Shown here: piece after piece, positions 27,602-40,479 of the stretch
Layout: each line of letters starts with the position of its first letter
Numbering within the stretch: the stretch's first letter is position 1
NCBI RefSeq assembly: GCF_036321535.1
Contig: NC_087436.1
Coordinates: 41,480,001-41,544,000, forward strand
Length of the DNA stretch: 64,000 nucleotides
Direction: 5' to 3'
Origin: Camelus dromedarius
Taxonomy: Eukaryota
The notes under the pieces: model-generated
Seen by the model: only the letters and a program-made list of their open reading frames with translations
Databases searched by the model: none
What the model was told of the DNA's origin: nothing
Made by a program: the position numbers and the translations under genes

Positions 27602-27732
27602 CTTTTTTTGGTGAGGGGGTGGGAAGGTAATTAGGTTTATTTATTTATTTTAAATGGAGGTACTGGGGATTGAACCCAGGACCTCGTGCATGCTAGGCAT
27701 GCATTCTACCACTAAACTATACCCTCCCCTCC
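27602..27732 (-). mobile_element. tRNA-derived SINE, camelid Vic-1-like
   Basis: Minus strand reads ggggagggtatagtttagtggtagaatgcatgcctagcatgcacgaggtcctgggttcaatccccagtacctcc, with A box and B box (GGTTCAATCC), (AAAT)n and an A tail; approximate TSD cactaaa. Confidence 0.85.
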
Positions 27733-28578
27733 ACACTAAATTACTAATTCCACTTCTTAAGCATTATGACTTAGATAAGTCATTTAACTTTTTAATTTCT
27801 CATTTTATTCTCTGTAAAATACCGATTAAAAACAATTTTCAAAAATATTTAACAAAGATTTTGTTAATTAACATTCTATTTAAAATGGGTATAAAATTCC
27901 TATGTAAACTGTGTGTTACTATACAAGCTAACAGCTCCTATCTGAATGATTGCCATTAGTATTTTGTTCTCTGGAATGCACATACCACAACTGGAATAGC
28001 AAAACTTTTATTTATAGCATCGCCCATTCTCATATGTAAGGCACTTAATATGTATTATATTTTTTGGTCTTTGCATCATTTAAAATCACATTGTGAAGCA
28101 TACATTTCTGCTTTCCATCTTATATATTGAGAAAAATAACTGAAACTATATCTAATTTCATGCAGCAAGAAAGAGCCAGAGTCAGATACAAACATATGTC
28201 TCTCTTTCAGAACCAATGAAATTTTCTAATACATACGATGTCCTTAATTATACTGATTTAAAAGAATGAGACAATATATTGGAATGAATGTTATATTCAC
28301 TTTGTAATATCTAGTGTCCCTGATCTCTGTTGTCAAGTGTGCCACTGAGCATTCTGGGAATGGCCTATTATGACAGTGTATCATGTTGCTACCAAATGTC
28401 CTGGAATGCTAATTGCCAGTTCTTGAGGAAATTCTCTTAGAAGCCTCTTGAGTTTTTAAAAACTCACTAAAAGAGAAATCTATTTTTTACCCTATCCTTA
28501 GTCTCATGTACTTTGGAAGTACATGAAGGGAGAGTTAGCAATAGGTTTCCTTTACTTCTGAATTTCAGAGAACTTTTA

Positions 28579-29401
28579 TAGAAGTGGTGAGAGTGGGCAT
28601 CCTTTTCTTGTTTGTTCCAGGTTTTAGCAGGAAGGCTTTCAGTTTTTCACTGTTGAGTACTATGCTTGCTGTATATTTGTCATAAATAGCTTTTATTAAT
28701 GTTGAGACATGTTCTCTCTATACCCACTTTGGTAAGAGGTTTTATCATAAATGGGTGTCAAATGCCTTTTATGCATCTATTGAGATGATCATGTGATTTT
28801 TGTCCTTTTGTTGATGTGGTGTATCACATTGATTGATTTGCACATGTTGAACAACCCTTGTGTCCCTGGGATGAATCCAGCTTGATCATGTTGTATGATC
28901 TTTTTTATCTGCTGTTGGATTCTGTTTGCTAATATTTTGTTAAGGATTTTTGTGTCTATGTTCATCAGTGATATTGGCCTGTATGTTTTTTTTTGGTAGT
29001 GTCTTTGTCTGGTTTTGGTATCAGAGTGATGGTGGCTTCATAGAATGAGTTTGGGAGTGTTCCCTCCTTTTCAGTCTTCTGGAAGAGTTTGAGAAGGACC
29101 AGTATGAGTTCTTCTTTGTATGTTTGGTAAAATTCCCCAGTGAAGCCATCCGGTCCTGGACGTTTGTTTGCAGGGAGATTTTTTATTGCTAATTCTATTT
29201 CATTTCTAGTGATCAGTTTGTTCAGGTAGTCTGTTTCTTCTTGGTTCAGTCTTGGTGGACTGAATGTTTCCAGAAACTTGTCTGTTTCTTCTAGGTCGTC
29301 CAGTTTGTTTCTGTATAGTTGTTCATAGTACTCTCTTATGGTATTTTGTATTTCTGTGGTATTGGTTATAATTTCTCCATTTTCCTTTCTTGTTTTGTTT
29401 A
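28579..29401 (-). mobile_element. Internal L1 ORF2 (RT N-terminal) fragment with a perfect TSD and no poly(A)
   Basis: Minus strand translates to …IREYYEQLY…[18 protein letters not shown]…[21 protein letters not shown]… and ends at GCPLSPLL; TSD TCAGAGAACTTTTA at 28565-28578 and 29402-29415. Confidence 0.92.
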
Positions 29402-30083
29402 TCAGAGAACTTTTAGATCACATCTGAGAGACCTGATTGTGTGAACTCACTGTGAGCATTAAAGAACTTGGCTAGATTCACTGGGAGCAAGCTCAGCTAC
29501 AACTGTCAGATTCAGGATATCTGGAGAGTACTCTGTCTAAATACTAGTTAATGGCCTTCCCTGGCTACTAATGCCCAGCAACCTGAAATATTGTTCAAAA
29601 ATGTTGTATCACAAGGATAAGAAAGGATGTACAGACTTCCATAGACATTTTCCTCTAGACGCCAACAAATGTACATAGTAATGACCCTATAGAAAGAGGT
29701 ATAAGCATAAGTTTTCTTCCTTTATCAAAATAAAGTTATCCCTGGTAAAAATTCATAGTGTTGAAAATATAATGAGTAACCATTAATTCATACCAGGGTA
29801 CTCTATTCTCACAATTTCTCTGTTCTCTACCTTTATTCTTTTCTCTACTTTCTACCATCTGGCTTAATTTCAGTGAGTTTCTATTTGTCTTATTTTTTAA
29901 ATGATGTATCTATTCCATATCACCTTACCTAAATTGTAAGCATTGAAGTCTTACATACTGGGAATATATTCAGAGCAGTGTGAAGCTAATAGTAATCAAC
30001 ATTCTAATTTTAAATAGTAAACAAATACATTGCTGTTGTTAAGGGAAGGCTGTAGACAGAGGTATGATACTTCAAGTCAAATT

Positions 30084-30862
30084 TGTCCAGATCTCAGTCC
30101 CCATTTGTGGGCAAGGTGGAGTTTCCTCACTACCAACAAGCAGTTCTCAGACATCACATGATACCAAATAATCAACTCAGTTCTGACTTTGTCTACCTAG
30201 AGACGGCATCACATCACACAGGAAAAGGGTTCACCCTACAAAACTCTCCTCACAGTTGTGCCTTCTCTCTCAATTCAGATGTAAGTCTTACGCTCAGGTT
30301 GTTACCTGTACTTCTGGCCAAAAGACTAGAAATCAAAGGTTCCCATGATCTCCTCCTTTGCTAGAGCAGCTCACAAAATGCAGAGAAATACAGTACTTAC
30401 TGAATCACAGTTTATTATAAATGGATATAACTCAGAAACAGCTGGTGGAAGAGATGCATAGGGTATGTGGAAAGGAGTGTGGAGCGTCTGTTCCTTCTCC
30501 AGGTGCATCATTCTCCCAGTACCTCTGCATCTTCACCAATCCAGAGGGTCATCTAACCCAGTCCTTTGGGTTGTTAAGGAGGCTTAATTACATTGCATAG
30601 CTGATTAAATCATTGCCCATTGGTGACTGATTCAAACCCAGCCCCTTGGCCCTCTCCAAGGTCAAGGAAGATGGGACTGAAAGTTCCCATATGGTTGATT
30701 CTCTTGGCAGGCAGCCTTCATCCCTAGGTGCTTTCCAGAAGTCACCTGATAAACATCTTTGTTGCTTTCCTCAATTAGGCTACTCCAAGGGTTTTAGGAG
30801 TTCTGTGCGAGAAACAGGAATGAAGACCAAATTATGTATTTATTAAAAATCACAATATCACA
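30084..30862. mobile_element. MER21-like LTR
   Basis: caactcagttctgactttgtctacctagagacggcatca…ctagagcagctcaca…aaatcacaatatcaca resembles MER21; the left boundary is uncertain. Confidence 0.7.
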
Positions 30863-32649
30863 CAAGGTTAGGGAATAAACTAGAGAATATGATGAATGAA
30901 ATTGTAAAATATAAAAATTTGAATAATTCTTGAAAATGCTTTATTCATATTAAACAAATCAGAGAGAAAATTGAGACATTTATTTGGGATTGGAATGGGA
31001 GCTGGTCAGTACCCCTCACTGTAGTGTCACTTCACCTATCACCAAGGAGAACAAGTAAAAATGTTGAAAACATTCACCAGCACATGCAACGCAAAAGCTT
31101 GGAAAAATTTCACTTAGTGTAAAGTCGATGTACCATGATTAAAAATAGGCAAACAATAGCTTATTTTGTCTCACAATCTGAAAGTAAGAATACTTGGAAA
31201 TCTGTAAATTCTGTCCTTCCATTCTTTTTTCTGGCTCAAAAAACAAAATTTTTGAAAACCAAAGCATTGTCAGTAACACTACTGCTATAATGTACTAGAT
31301 TCCAGTTGTTTACCCAGATATCCATATATATTTCCTCATTTATTAATTCATAGACCATAAATCTTAGAAAACAACTTGGAATGAACTATCTTTACATGCT
31401 CAAGCAAAGCAAAGTCAGTGAAAATAAAGACATGAAGAGCCCTAAAAAAATGTAACTTATAGATTGAATAATTTTACTTCTAAGAATTTAAACTATAACA
31501 ACAATCAAAGTCATATGTAAGGTAAAAGTAGTGATATTTATTCAATATAATTATGCATATTAAATTATAAAAATGTTTAAATCAATTGTATTTCTATGGC
31601 ATAAAATGATTTAAACAGTTAAATTGTGTTTTTATAAAATGTATCATGATTTTAGAAAATATCCAGGCGATAACACTGTAAAAATATGAAGTTATAGGCA
31701 TAGTAAAATTTATCCATTTATGTATTTGTAGAAAAATATATGGAAGGAAATGCATCAAAATTATTATAGTGGATACTTTTGATGTGGGATCGTTAGTAAT
31801 GATTTTTCATGACTTCTCAGTGTTGTTTTACAAATTTTGTTTCATAATCCTGTGTTTATAATCAGATAATAGCATTCTAGAACACTATTGTTTATTCATA
31901 AAATTTTTAAATGCAAACACATTATTAAATATTTTCACATGAGCAAAATTATTGTAAAATGTCAGCAAGAAAATAATTTCTAAAAATTTTTCTTTGAAAA
32001 ATTTGTACATCAAAAACTTAGGCACCAGGACAAACTCACTTTTAAATCTAAAAGAAAAATAAAGACATTCTCAGTTATAAAATGGTTCTACTCTAAACAT
32101 AAGAGTTTAGAGTAGTATTTTTGAATTAATTAAAAATTATCATAGAATTAACAATAATATCTTTTGAGAAGTAGGGAATTTAGGAAGAAAATAAGCAAAG
32201 AAAAAAGCAAAGATGCAAATAAAATAAAATAAATAAAAGCATAAAACTAGATGACAGTTTAAGAACATGAAAGTTTGTAATGATCATAAATGTAAGGTTA
32301 TCAAATTATTGAATTAAAAGAAATAGGGACATTATAACCAGAGTAAGAGCTAGGTTGAAAATAAATGAAAGTGATGGTGAAGATTTATCAGACACACATA
32401 AACCTAAAAGAAATTGTGGAATAATTTGAGTCAATATATATATATCAAACTGTATAATTTAAAACTTAAAATATGATTGTCATACAAATATTCAATAAAT
32501 ACGGGGCCAAAAGCAAAGAGACAAAACTCTATAATATAAAAGCCATTACCCAGGCACTAGTAAGATGGTGAAATTGATTCAAAGAGCACAAAAATTGTCA
32601 AAAAATGATAGGTTAGGTACAAGACTAATTAATTTCTATTACAATAAAG

Positions 32650-32650
<1 letters not shown>

Positions 32651-32680
<30 letters not shown>

Positions 32681-32729
32681 TTTATATGTATATGTCTGTG
32701 TGTGTGTGTGTGTGTGTACAGAGAGAGAG
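32651..32729. repeat. (TA)n…(TG)n(AG)n microsatellite
   Basis: Seen directly. Confidence 0.9.
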
Positions 32730-32838
32730 TTCATTTTTGTTTTGTTTTTGTTTTTATAATCTGCAAGTTAACCAGGAAATTCTCATGCCTGGTATCTGAT
32801 GTAAGAGTAAATAGCAAAGTTAAAAATAGGTGTATTCT

Positions 32839-33231
32839 TTCTTTTAAATTTTGAATTGAGGCATAATTGATATACACCATTATATTAGTTTCAAGTATAC
32901 AACATAATGATTGGATATTTGTATGTAGTACAAAATTATCATTACAAGAAGTCTGGTTAACATCTTTCACCATGCAGAGTTACAGAATTTTTTTTTTTTG
33001 ATGAAAACTTTTAAGATCTACTTTCCTGGCTACTTTTAAAATACAATATGGTATTATTAGCTGTAGTTGTCATGCCTTACATAACATCCCCATGACATAT
33101 ATTTTATAACTGAAAGTTTATACCTTTTGACTCCCTTCACTTATTTCACTTCTTCTTTCCAGTCTCTCACAAGCAAAAGTCTGTTCTCTGTAATTATGAG
33201 CTTGTTTTTTGTCTGTGTGTTTATTTATTAT
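32839..33231 (-). mobile_element. 5'-truncated L1 3' UTR
   Basis: ttgaggcataattgatatacaccattatattagtttcaagtatacaacataatgatt…; 14-bp TSD aataggtgtattct / aataagtgtattct (32825-32838 / 33232-33245). Confidence 0.85.
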
Positions 33232-33325
33232 AATAAGTGTATTCTAATAGAGAAATATATAACCCTTGGGCAGGGCTGTTAAATGATGTCTAGATTTAAC
33301 ACCTAATGAATATGCTGCCCCCACC

Positions 33326-33365
33326 ACCACTTTATTTGTAAGTTTACCACCTTATTTGTAAGTTT
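33326..33365. repeat. 20-bp tandem duplication
   Basis: accactttatttgtaagttt / accaccttatttgtaagttt. Confidence 0.85.
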
Positions 33366-34728
33366 GAGTTAATTCTTAACAAATATAAAGAAAAGAATAT
33401 GGAATAAATTATGTAAAGCAAAGCTTATAAAAATATGAGAAAAGACAAAAGCACAATTTTAGTAGGCTACATATTTGATTCATCCTTAAGAAATGAGACA
33501 GATAAATAAAGACTAAGATAATTTAAAATTTTCAATAAATACTATTGTGTATATATGTGCGTGTGTGAATTTACACATAAGTGATAATAATATATATAAA
33601 ATTTTAATAGTATTTATACATAATCTATGTTCATGTATTTACACATACATAAATCCTCACACAAATATTAAATACAATTTATACCTTAAAATGAAATATT
33701 ATCTTTTTAAGAATAATATTTGATTTTTTTTTAAACAATTTCCTTGAGGTAAAAGTTAGCTCATGATTGTTCTTTTAAATCCTGCTGCTTACCTAAGAAT
33801 TAAGGGAAAGTTTTTCCATCTTTGGCAATATGTTCTTTGAAGTTTTAGTTTTATAATATTGTTATTATTTTCTATTTCCTATTTTAACTTATAAATTATA
33901 TATATATGTTCTTGGTTACAAAACTGAGTAAATATGAAGTGATTTTAATGAAAGTATTTGCCTTTATCTATCCACTCCTTTTGTATGATCAGACTTCTCG
34001 ATGCAGTGTTTGTGTTGATTTTGTTTTAATTCATTTGGGCATTATACCTTTACATAGAAGAAATTTATACATTTCATGATTTATCCATATTGTAATTCCC
34101 ACTCTGATAGATGTGAGTTTAGCTTGTGTAATCACCCATCACCACATGGAACCCTTTCCCTCTCTATGTCCTCCCTAACTTTAAATTTCATCCTCTCGTT
34201 GTTGTTGTGGTTGTTTTTCTATTATCTACAAAAAAAATCACATGACTTCTCTTTAACTTCATTACTAGAGGTTTTAGGAGTAGAAGAAAAGCTGAAAAAC
34301 TTTTCTTAGGATCTCTCAATTCTGTTGATCCACAGATTACTGGGCTTTAGTGAATGTGGAAGGCTGTCCGTTGTACATTTCTATAATCTTGCATTTGACT
34401 GCTGTGCTTGAGGGCTGTCCTGTGAGCAGGATCTTACTGATCTCTTCAGTGGTCATTTTGAATTTGACAAGACAGTTCATTTTTCTTCTCATGAAATTTT
34501 TATACTTGCATACACCAAAGGTGCTGATAATTGCCATATGCTACTGGCAGCAAAGACAAAAAACAAATTCAAGAGTGACATAGGTATAGCATAATTACTC
34601 AAGGTAGATGTCCAGACCATTCTCGGGTCATTTCTCTAAGTTGCTGTTTTAAATTGCTGAAGTTGTGGCTATTATGTGTCTCTTGTATAACTTTTAGTTG
34701 CCTTCCATGCTTCATGTATAGGTTGATT

Positions 34729-35505
34729 CAATATTCAAAAATCCACAAATGACAGATACTGGAGAGGCTGTGGAGAAAAGGGAACCCTTCTACACTGCTG
34801 GTGGGAATGCAGCTTGATGCAGCCACCGTGGAAAACAGTATGGAGATTCCGCAAAAGATTAGGAATAGACTTACCATATGACCCAGGAATCCCACTCCTG
34901 GATATATATCCAGAAGGAACCCTACTTCAGGATGACACCTGCAACCCAATGTTCATAGCAGCATTATTTATAATAGCCAAGACATGGAAACAGCCCAGAT
35001 GTCCATCAATAGATGACTGGATAAAGAAGATGTGGTATATTTATACAATGGAACACTATTCAGCCATAAAAACTGACAACATAACACCATTTGCAGCAAC
35101 ATGGATTCTCCTGGAGAATGTCATTCTAAGTGAAGTAAGCCAGAAAGAGAAAGAAAGAAAAAAGAGAAATACCATATGAGATCGCTGATATGTGGAATCT
35201 ATAAATAAATAAACAAACAAACAAACAAATAAATAAATACAAAACAGAAACAGACTCACACAAACACAAGTTTGTATTCTATGTGGGAAAGGACAGACTG
35301 GGATTTCAAAATGTAGAATAGATAAAAAAGATTATACTGTATAGCACAGGGAAATACATACAAAATCTTATGGTAGCTCACAGTGGAAAAAAATGTGACA
35401 ATGAATATATATATGTTCATATATAACTGACAAATTGTTCTCTACACTGGAATTTGACACAATATTGTAAAATGACTATTACTCAATAAAAAATGTTTTA
35501 AAAAG
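34729..35505 (+). mobile_element. Relatively young L1, 5'-truncated: ORF2 C-terminus and 3' UTR
   Basis: Frame reads [18 protein letters not shown] (CCHC motif with the first C mutated), then ORF 34814-35179 [10 protein letters not shown]…[10 protein letters not shown]…[11 protein letters not shown]…[16 protein letters not shown]; ends ctcaataaaaaa. Confidence 0.93.
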
Positions 35506-35569
35506 TTGAAATCTATTAAAATATGTATATATTTTAAATTATGCAAATAAGTTCACTACAGAGATACAA

Positions 35570-35900
35570 TGTGGTAGGCAGACGCCAGGGCCAGGATGGT
35601 TCCCTGTGATACCTGCTTTCTGGTGTCAAGTATAATCCCCTCCCTTTGAGTGGAGGCAGAACTAATAGGCCTCAAAATAATAGATCATAGCAAAGTTAAT
35701 GAGGTATCATTCTCATGATTGTGTTTCATTATGTAGGACTCCATCTTGGTAGTAGAGTCTCTTCAGAGCTTGGTTTTGCTTGCTTGATGATGTAAGTGAC
35801 TGTGGCAAGAAATTCTGGGCGGTTTCTATGAACTGAATGGAGAGTGACCTCCAGCTACCAGCTGGTTAGAAGTCAGGAACCTCAGTCCTGCAACTGCAAG
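35570..35900 (+). mobile_element. MLT1 (E/F/G-like) LTR fragment
   Basis: tgtggtaggcaga…tataatcccctccctttgagtg…ctcagtcctgcaactgcaag. Confidence 0.65.
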
Positions 35901-36019
35901 TTGCCTTACACATTCTGTGCAGGGCACATTTTTTTCCATTCATCAGCACTGAATACAACCATTCAATTTAGAAGATACACGTTTCCTTTTTCATCCTGGA
36001 ATATTCCCTCTGTTATTTC

Positions 36020-36465
36020 TATGGTAATGGAAAAATGGACCGGTAAAGATATCCACATCAAATCCTTGGAACCTGTGAATATTGCCTTATTTGTAAAAGG
36101 GTTCCTGAAGATACAATTAAACTAATATTCTTGAGATGAGGTAATCCCTGTATTACAACCACCACCTGTTATAGCCCTAAATCCTTATAAGAGAAAGGAG
36201 AAAAAGACCAATATACAGAGGGAAAAATGATGTGAAGACAGAGGCAGAGAATGTAGTGATTAGGACTTAAGCACAGGGATTCTGGGGCAGCCACCAGAAG
36301 CTGGATGAGAAAGGAACAGATTCTCTAATGAAAGTAGCATGGCTTTGTTCTAAACCTTGATTTTAGACTTCTAGCCTCCAGAACTGTAAATAAATAAATA
36401 TAATTTGTTTCAAGCTGCCAAGTCTGTGTTAATTTGTTATGGCAGCTTCAGGAAATAAGCATAAC
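36020..36465 (+). mobile_element. MLT1C-like LTR
   Basis: aaagatatccacatc…ggaacctgtgaatattgcctta…ttagacttctagcctccagaactgtaaa…taatttgttatggcagc. Confidence 0.8.
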
Positions 36466-37134
36466 CTTTTCTCAAGGTAAAACATAGGGGAAAACACCAA
36501 TAGGAGAGGAGACCTACTAGGCTCATAAAAATTCTAGTCAGAAAAAAGACCAGGATATAAGCTAACAGTAAAGAAAACAGTCTTTCAGCAGGAAAGAAAT
36601 GCAGATCTCAGTAAGAATCACAGCAAGAAATGAGGCTGATACTCATTAGAGTGAATAGATGGACTTCTGCTTGAGATGTTTCAACTGCTTGAAAGAACAG
36701 AACCCAGAATCTTACAAAACCATCCTCTTTCTGATATCTGAAATTTTACCACTCATTATTATTTGAAATTGTTTAGATGAGTATATAGTTGGTGCAAAAT
36801 AGTTTTTCTTGTATTTCTATTGACGTGTTAGATACTATCTACTATGGAAACTATCTAGAAAAGTTCAACATATGAATAAAACTACAAAAAGTAAATTTCT
36901 AAATGAAAGTCTATGTAATAGATACCCAAAGCCAAGATACTTCTCAGGGAAGGTTGGGTGGACCAATTGTACAGAATCTGTGAGAAGTCCTTATGTTCTA
37001 CACGGAAGCATTTAAAGGGAACACTGACTGACTTGGAAATTTTAAAGGCAATAAAGTTAAGTTTCCCTAGATACATAGCTTTTGCCAAATAGAGACTTTA
37101 AGATTGAAACACATCAAGAACATTTCTTATCAGT

Positions 37135-38300
37135 TGATTTATTCATTCACTCCGACGAATGACCTTATACCACATAGCGGGTACTGTTCTAGGAACTAGG
37201 TATTGCTTGGCCTCACAGAATTAATATTCTAGTGCCAGTAACAGATTAACATATGATTAATAGATATTTAAGTAAATATTTTGGGACTGTAATAAAAGCA
37301 ACAAAATGAAAGCAGATAAAAGTTCAGAGAAGTGGTATTTTAGGTGGGTGGTAAGGGAGACCTCTCTGAATATCAGAAGCCTGGTAAAGCAAAGAACTGA
37401 ATACAGGGAGGGAGGAAGTTTCCATGATATCTGGGAGATTGTTCTAGATTGAACACCAGTAGAATATCTTTGGTGTACCAGCTTGCTTTGTATATTATGG
37501 AAAAGAGAGAATCCAATTTGTCTGAGATAGAATAAATGAGAAGGAAAGTCATAGGAAAGAGAGTCAGGTGCAGTTTTCATTTTAGGTATCCTGGGAAGCT
37601 CTCACAGAGTTAGGCTTCTGAGCCTTGTTGTGATAGGATATTACTGCTGCTTGCAAAGGATGACTATTATGGGCTGTATTGTGTTCCCCCAAACTTCATA
37701 TGTTGAAGTTCTAAACCCAGCATCTCAGAATGTAACTGCTTTGGAAGATACAGCCTATAAAGAGATAATAAAGCTAAAATGAGGTCATGCGGTTGGGCCC
37801 TAATTCAAAATGACTGACGTCCTTGTAAGAAGAGGAAATTTGGACATACAGAGAGATACCCAGGATGTGTGAACACAGAGGAGGAACCTTAAGGATTGTG
37901 GGAAGGTGGCCATCTACAGGACAAGGAGAGAAGCCTCAGGAGAAACCAATCCTGCTAGCATTTTGATCTGGGGCCTTTAGTTTCTGGAATTGTGAGAAAA
38001 TCCATTTCTGTGTGGAAGCCACCTTGTATATGCTATTTTGTTATAGCAGCCCTAGCAAACCAATGCAATGACTCCGGCTAATATGCGGAAAACATATATT
38101 AAGAAAGTAGGTTTAGAGGTAGTACAGGAATGAGATGTTGGTGACATGGGCTAAAGAGTTGTGGGAAATGGTGGGAAATATTTAGGTCCTAATATATATT
38201 AGGAAATTAGAGCCATTAGGATTGACTGACAGTGGATATGGGATGTAAGATAAATTAAGTCTTCAAGAAAGGATAATCCCAAAGTTTTTGCTCATTGCCA
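37135..38300 (-). mobile_element. L2 3' region interrupted by an MLT1B-like LTR
   Basis: tttattcattcac…actgttctaggaactagg; ggattgactgacagtggatatggga…aaggataatcccaaagtttttg. Confidence 0.65.
37665..38067 (+). mobile_element. MLT1B-like solo LTR
   Basis: tattatgggctgtattgtgttcccccaaacttcatatgttgaagttcta…gcagccctagcaaaccaatgca; perfect 5-bp TSD ATGAC. Confidence 0.88.
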
Positions 38301-40429
38301 TGTTTCATTTTGATTCCATGTTGGAATTAAGACTATTTTTCTGGTCTAAAATATGTTTTAACAAATACTAGACATTCGTTTGATTTTCATAAATAGCTTT
38401 CACTAAAGAAAATATGCATTACCCATCATACATTAAAATAGGAGCCACATAACTTAATATTTAAACTCACCTTTTCACAGCAGAGTTATCAGACAGCCTA
38501 GTTGGAAATACATTCCCTGAGTGACAGTGTGGCAGGGCTTTTTTCAGTTCTGAAAAATTTGGATGAATTCCAGAGATCAGTGTAGAAATTAATTGCTTAC
38601 AGTTTCTGGCACAAGTCTTCTCATCAGCACTGATTTTTTGAACAGCCATCATAGCAGGGCACAGCTTGCCAAGGTAAGGAGCCTGACAGTTTTGCAATTA
38701 GAGAGGATTGGGTGGATGATCTGTTGGTTTTAGGAGGAGATATGCACGGTGTACAAATTACATGCAAAGGCAAAGTAACCAGTGTTTTAAAAAGAATTGT
38801 TTAATATTCTCTCACTTAACTTCTCTATCATTCATTTTATTTCTCCCATAATGGACAGACTTGAAAATAATTAGATATAAATATTTCTGAGGTTAGCTTC
38901 TTTTGTATTTGTTTTCACAATATTGTACTTACAATTTAATCATTCTGGAAATTATGGTAAATTGATTTTTATGAAAATAAAGCATCTGGTGACATAAATA
39001 ATGTTTGCAGAATTGAGTAATTTATAACACCTAAGGCATTTCACACAGTGAACTTTAACTCAAAGTGATAATGAAAAACATCACCCTACCCTTTGCAGGT
39101 TTTAGAAAATGCTCTGTGCTATGAAGAAGCACAGATAGATGGTTTGTGTATTATAAATTAGATTTGAATTATTTATAAAATGTTAACTTTACTATCTGAT
39201 TATCCTATATGACCTGTCAATTTGTTTGCTGCTAATCCTGATTATATAACCAAGTAACTTTTGCGATACGTATTATTTTCCAAATAGTTGTATTTATTTA
39301 ATTCACATTCTTTCTCACATACGCACACTCCAGTTGTCATTCTTAAATCTGATATGCATTATTGTTTATCTTTATTTTTCTGTGACTCATGTTAATTTTT
39401 ATTTTCAATTACTTTTCTGTCAAGATAGGAGAAAGTTAATATTAACTGATCTGCTTCTTATCTCCTTTATTCAGGGTTCAGTAAAAATTCTGGAAGGACT
39501 TTATACTACCAAGTAGTAGGAAGCATATGTAGTCCTTGTATCATGTATCTATGTACATATCAGCTGATCCATTGAGATGCATCATCCCATCTGTTTGTTT
39601 CCAATTTGTAAAAGTTATGAGAATAATCTTTACCTTGTCTCTAAAGATTCTTGGGTCCAGCAGCTCTCTCCAATTATCTGATGCTATAGTTAATATTCAC
39701 TTGGCTACTTTTCCATCACACTGGGATAAGAAAAAATCTCTGAGAAGGTCTTTACAGATCAGTGACTAGGTTCATGATCACTGTTTTTTGTTTTGTTTTG
39801 TTTTTTACTTTCTTGCTGAACACCTGTGGAAAGGAGGGCATGGGCTTTCCCTCTCTTTCAAATCACAGGATACAGACTACTTTGGAACAGGCTGTTCTAT
39901 TATTTGCCCTTCTCTTGCCTTTACCTGGGAGAATATTTTCTGGTCTTCAGAAAAAGTCTGCATACTTCACAGATCCCTTGTTATATAACCTCTGAATATC
40001 TATTAAATGTTTTGCCTTTGAATATAATCTTTCAAAATAGCTTGAGTTCTTGGAAACCAAAACATTAAAAAAAACCTTTTTTTTATTTTTCACAATTGTT
40101 TTTGGTTACATCCCTCCCCTAGGAAGATGATCACCAAAAGTACTAAGTGCTTGCATGAGAATTGGAGAAGATGTGAAAAATAAGATAGGAAAAAAAATAA
40201 AGAGCATAAGTTAATATCATTGAAAAAAACATATTTGCAATGCAAAATCACACTGATTTTAGAGTCATCTTTGCAGAATATGCTAAATGGAAATTAAAGA
40301 GTGCTCTCAGAAACAGCATATTACCCAGCACCTCCTTGCTTTATAAGAAAAAGTAAAGATACACCTGAGGAGATTAAACAAGGTTGTTTGTACAGATAAT
40401 AAATATGAATTCTTCGTGTGACTGAGGAC

Positions 40430-40479
40430 TTTTTTTTTAATTGAAGTACAGTCAATTAAAATGTGTCAATTTCTGGTGT
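40430..40479 (-). mobile_element. Very short L1 3'-end stub
   Basis: Poly(T) followed by aattgaagtacagtcaattaaaatgtgtcaatttctggtgt, similar to 59869-59915; TSD is weak. Confidence 0.6.

Noticed and set aside
27650..27732. tRNA gene
   Set aside because: tRNA-like head of a SINE, with tail and TSD; no intact acceptor stem.
34814..35179. 121-aa ORF as a host gene
   Set aside because: It is the L1 ORF2 C-terminus in a 5'-truncated element.
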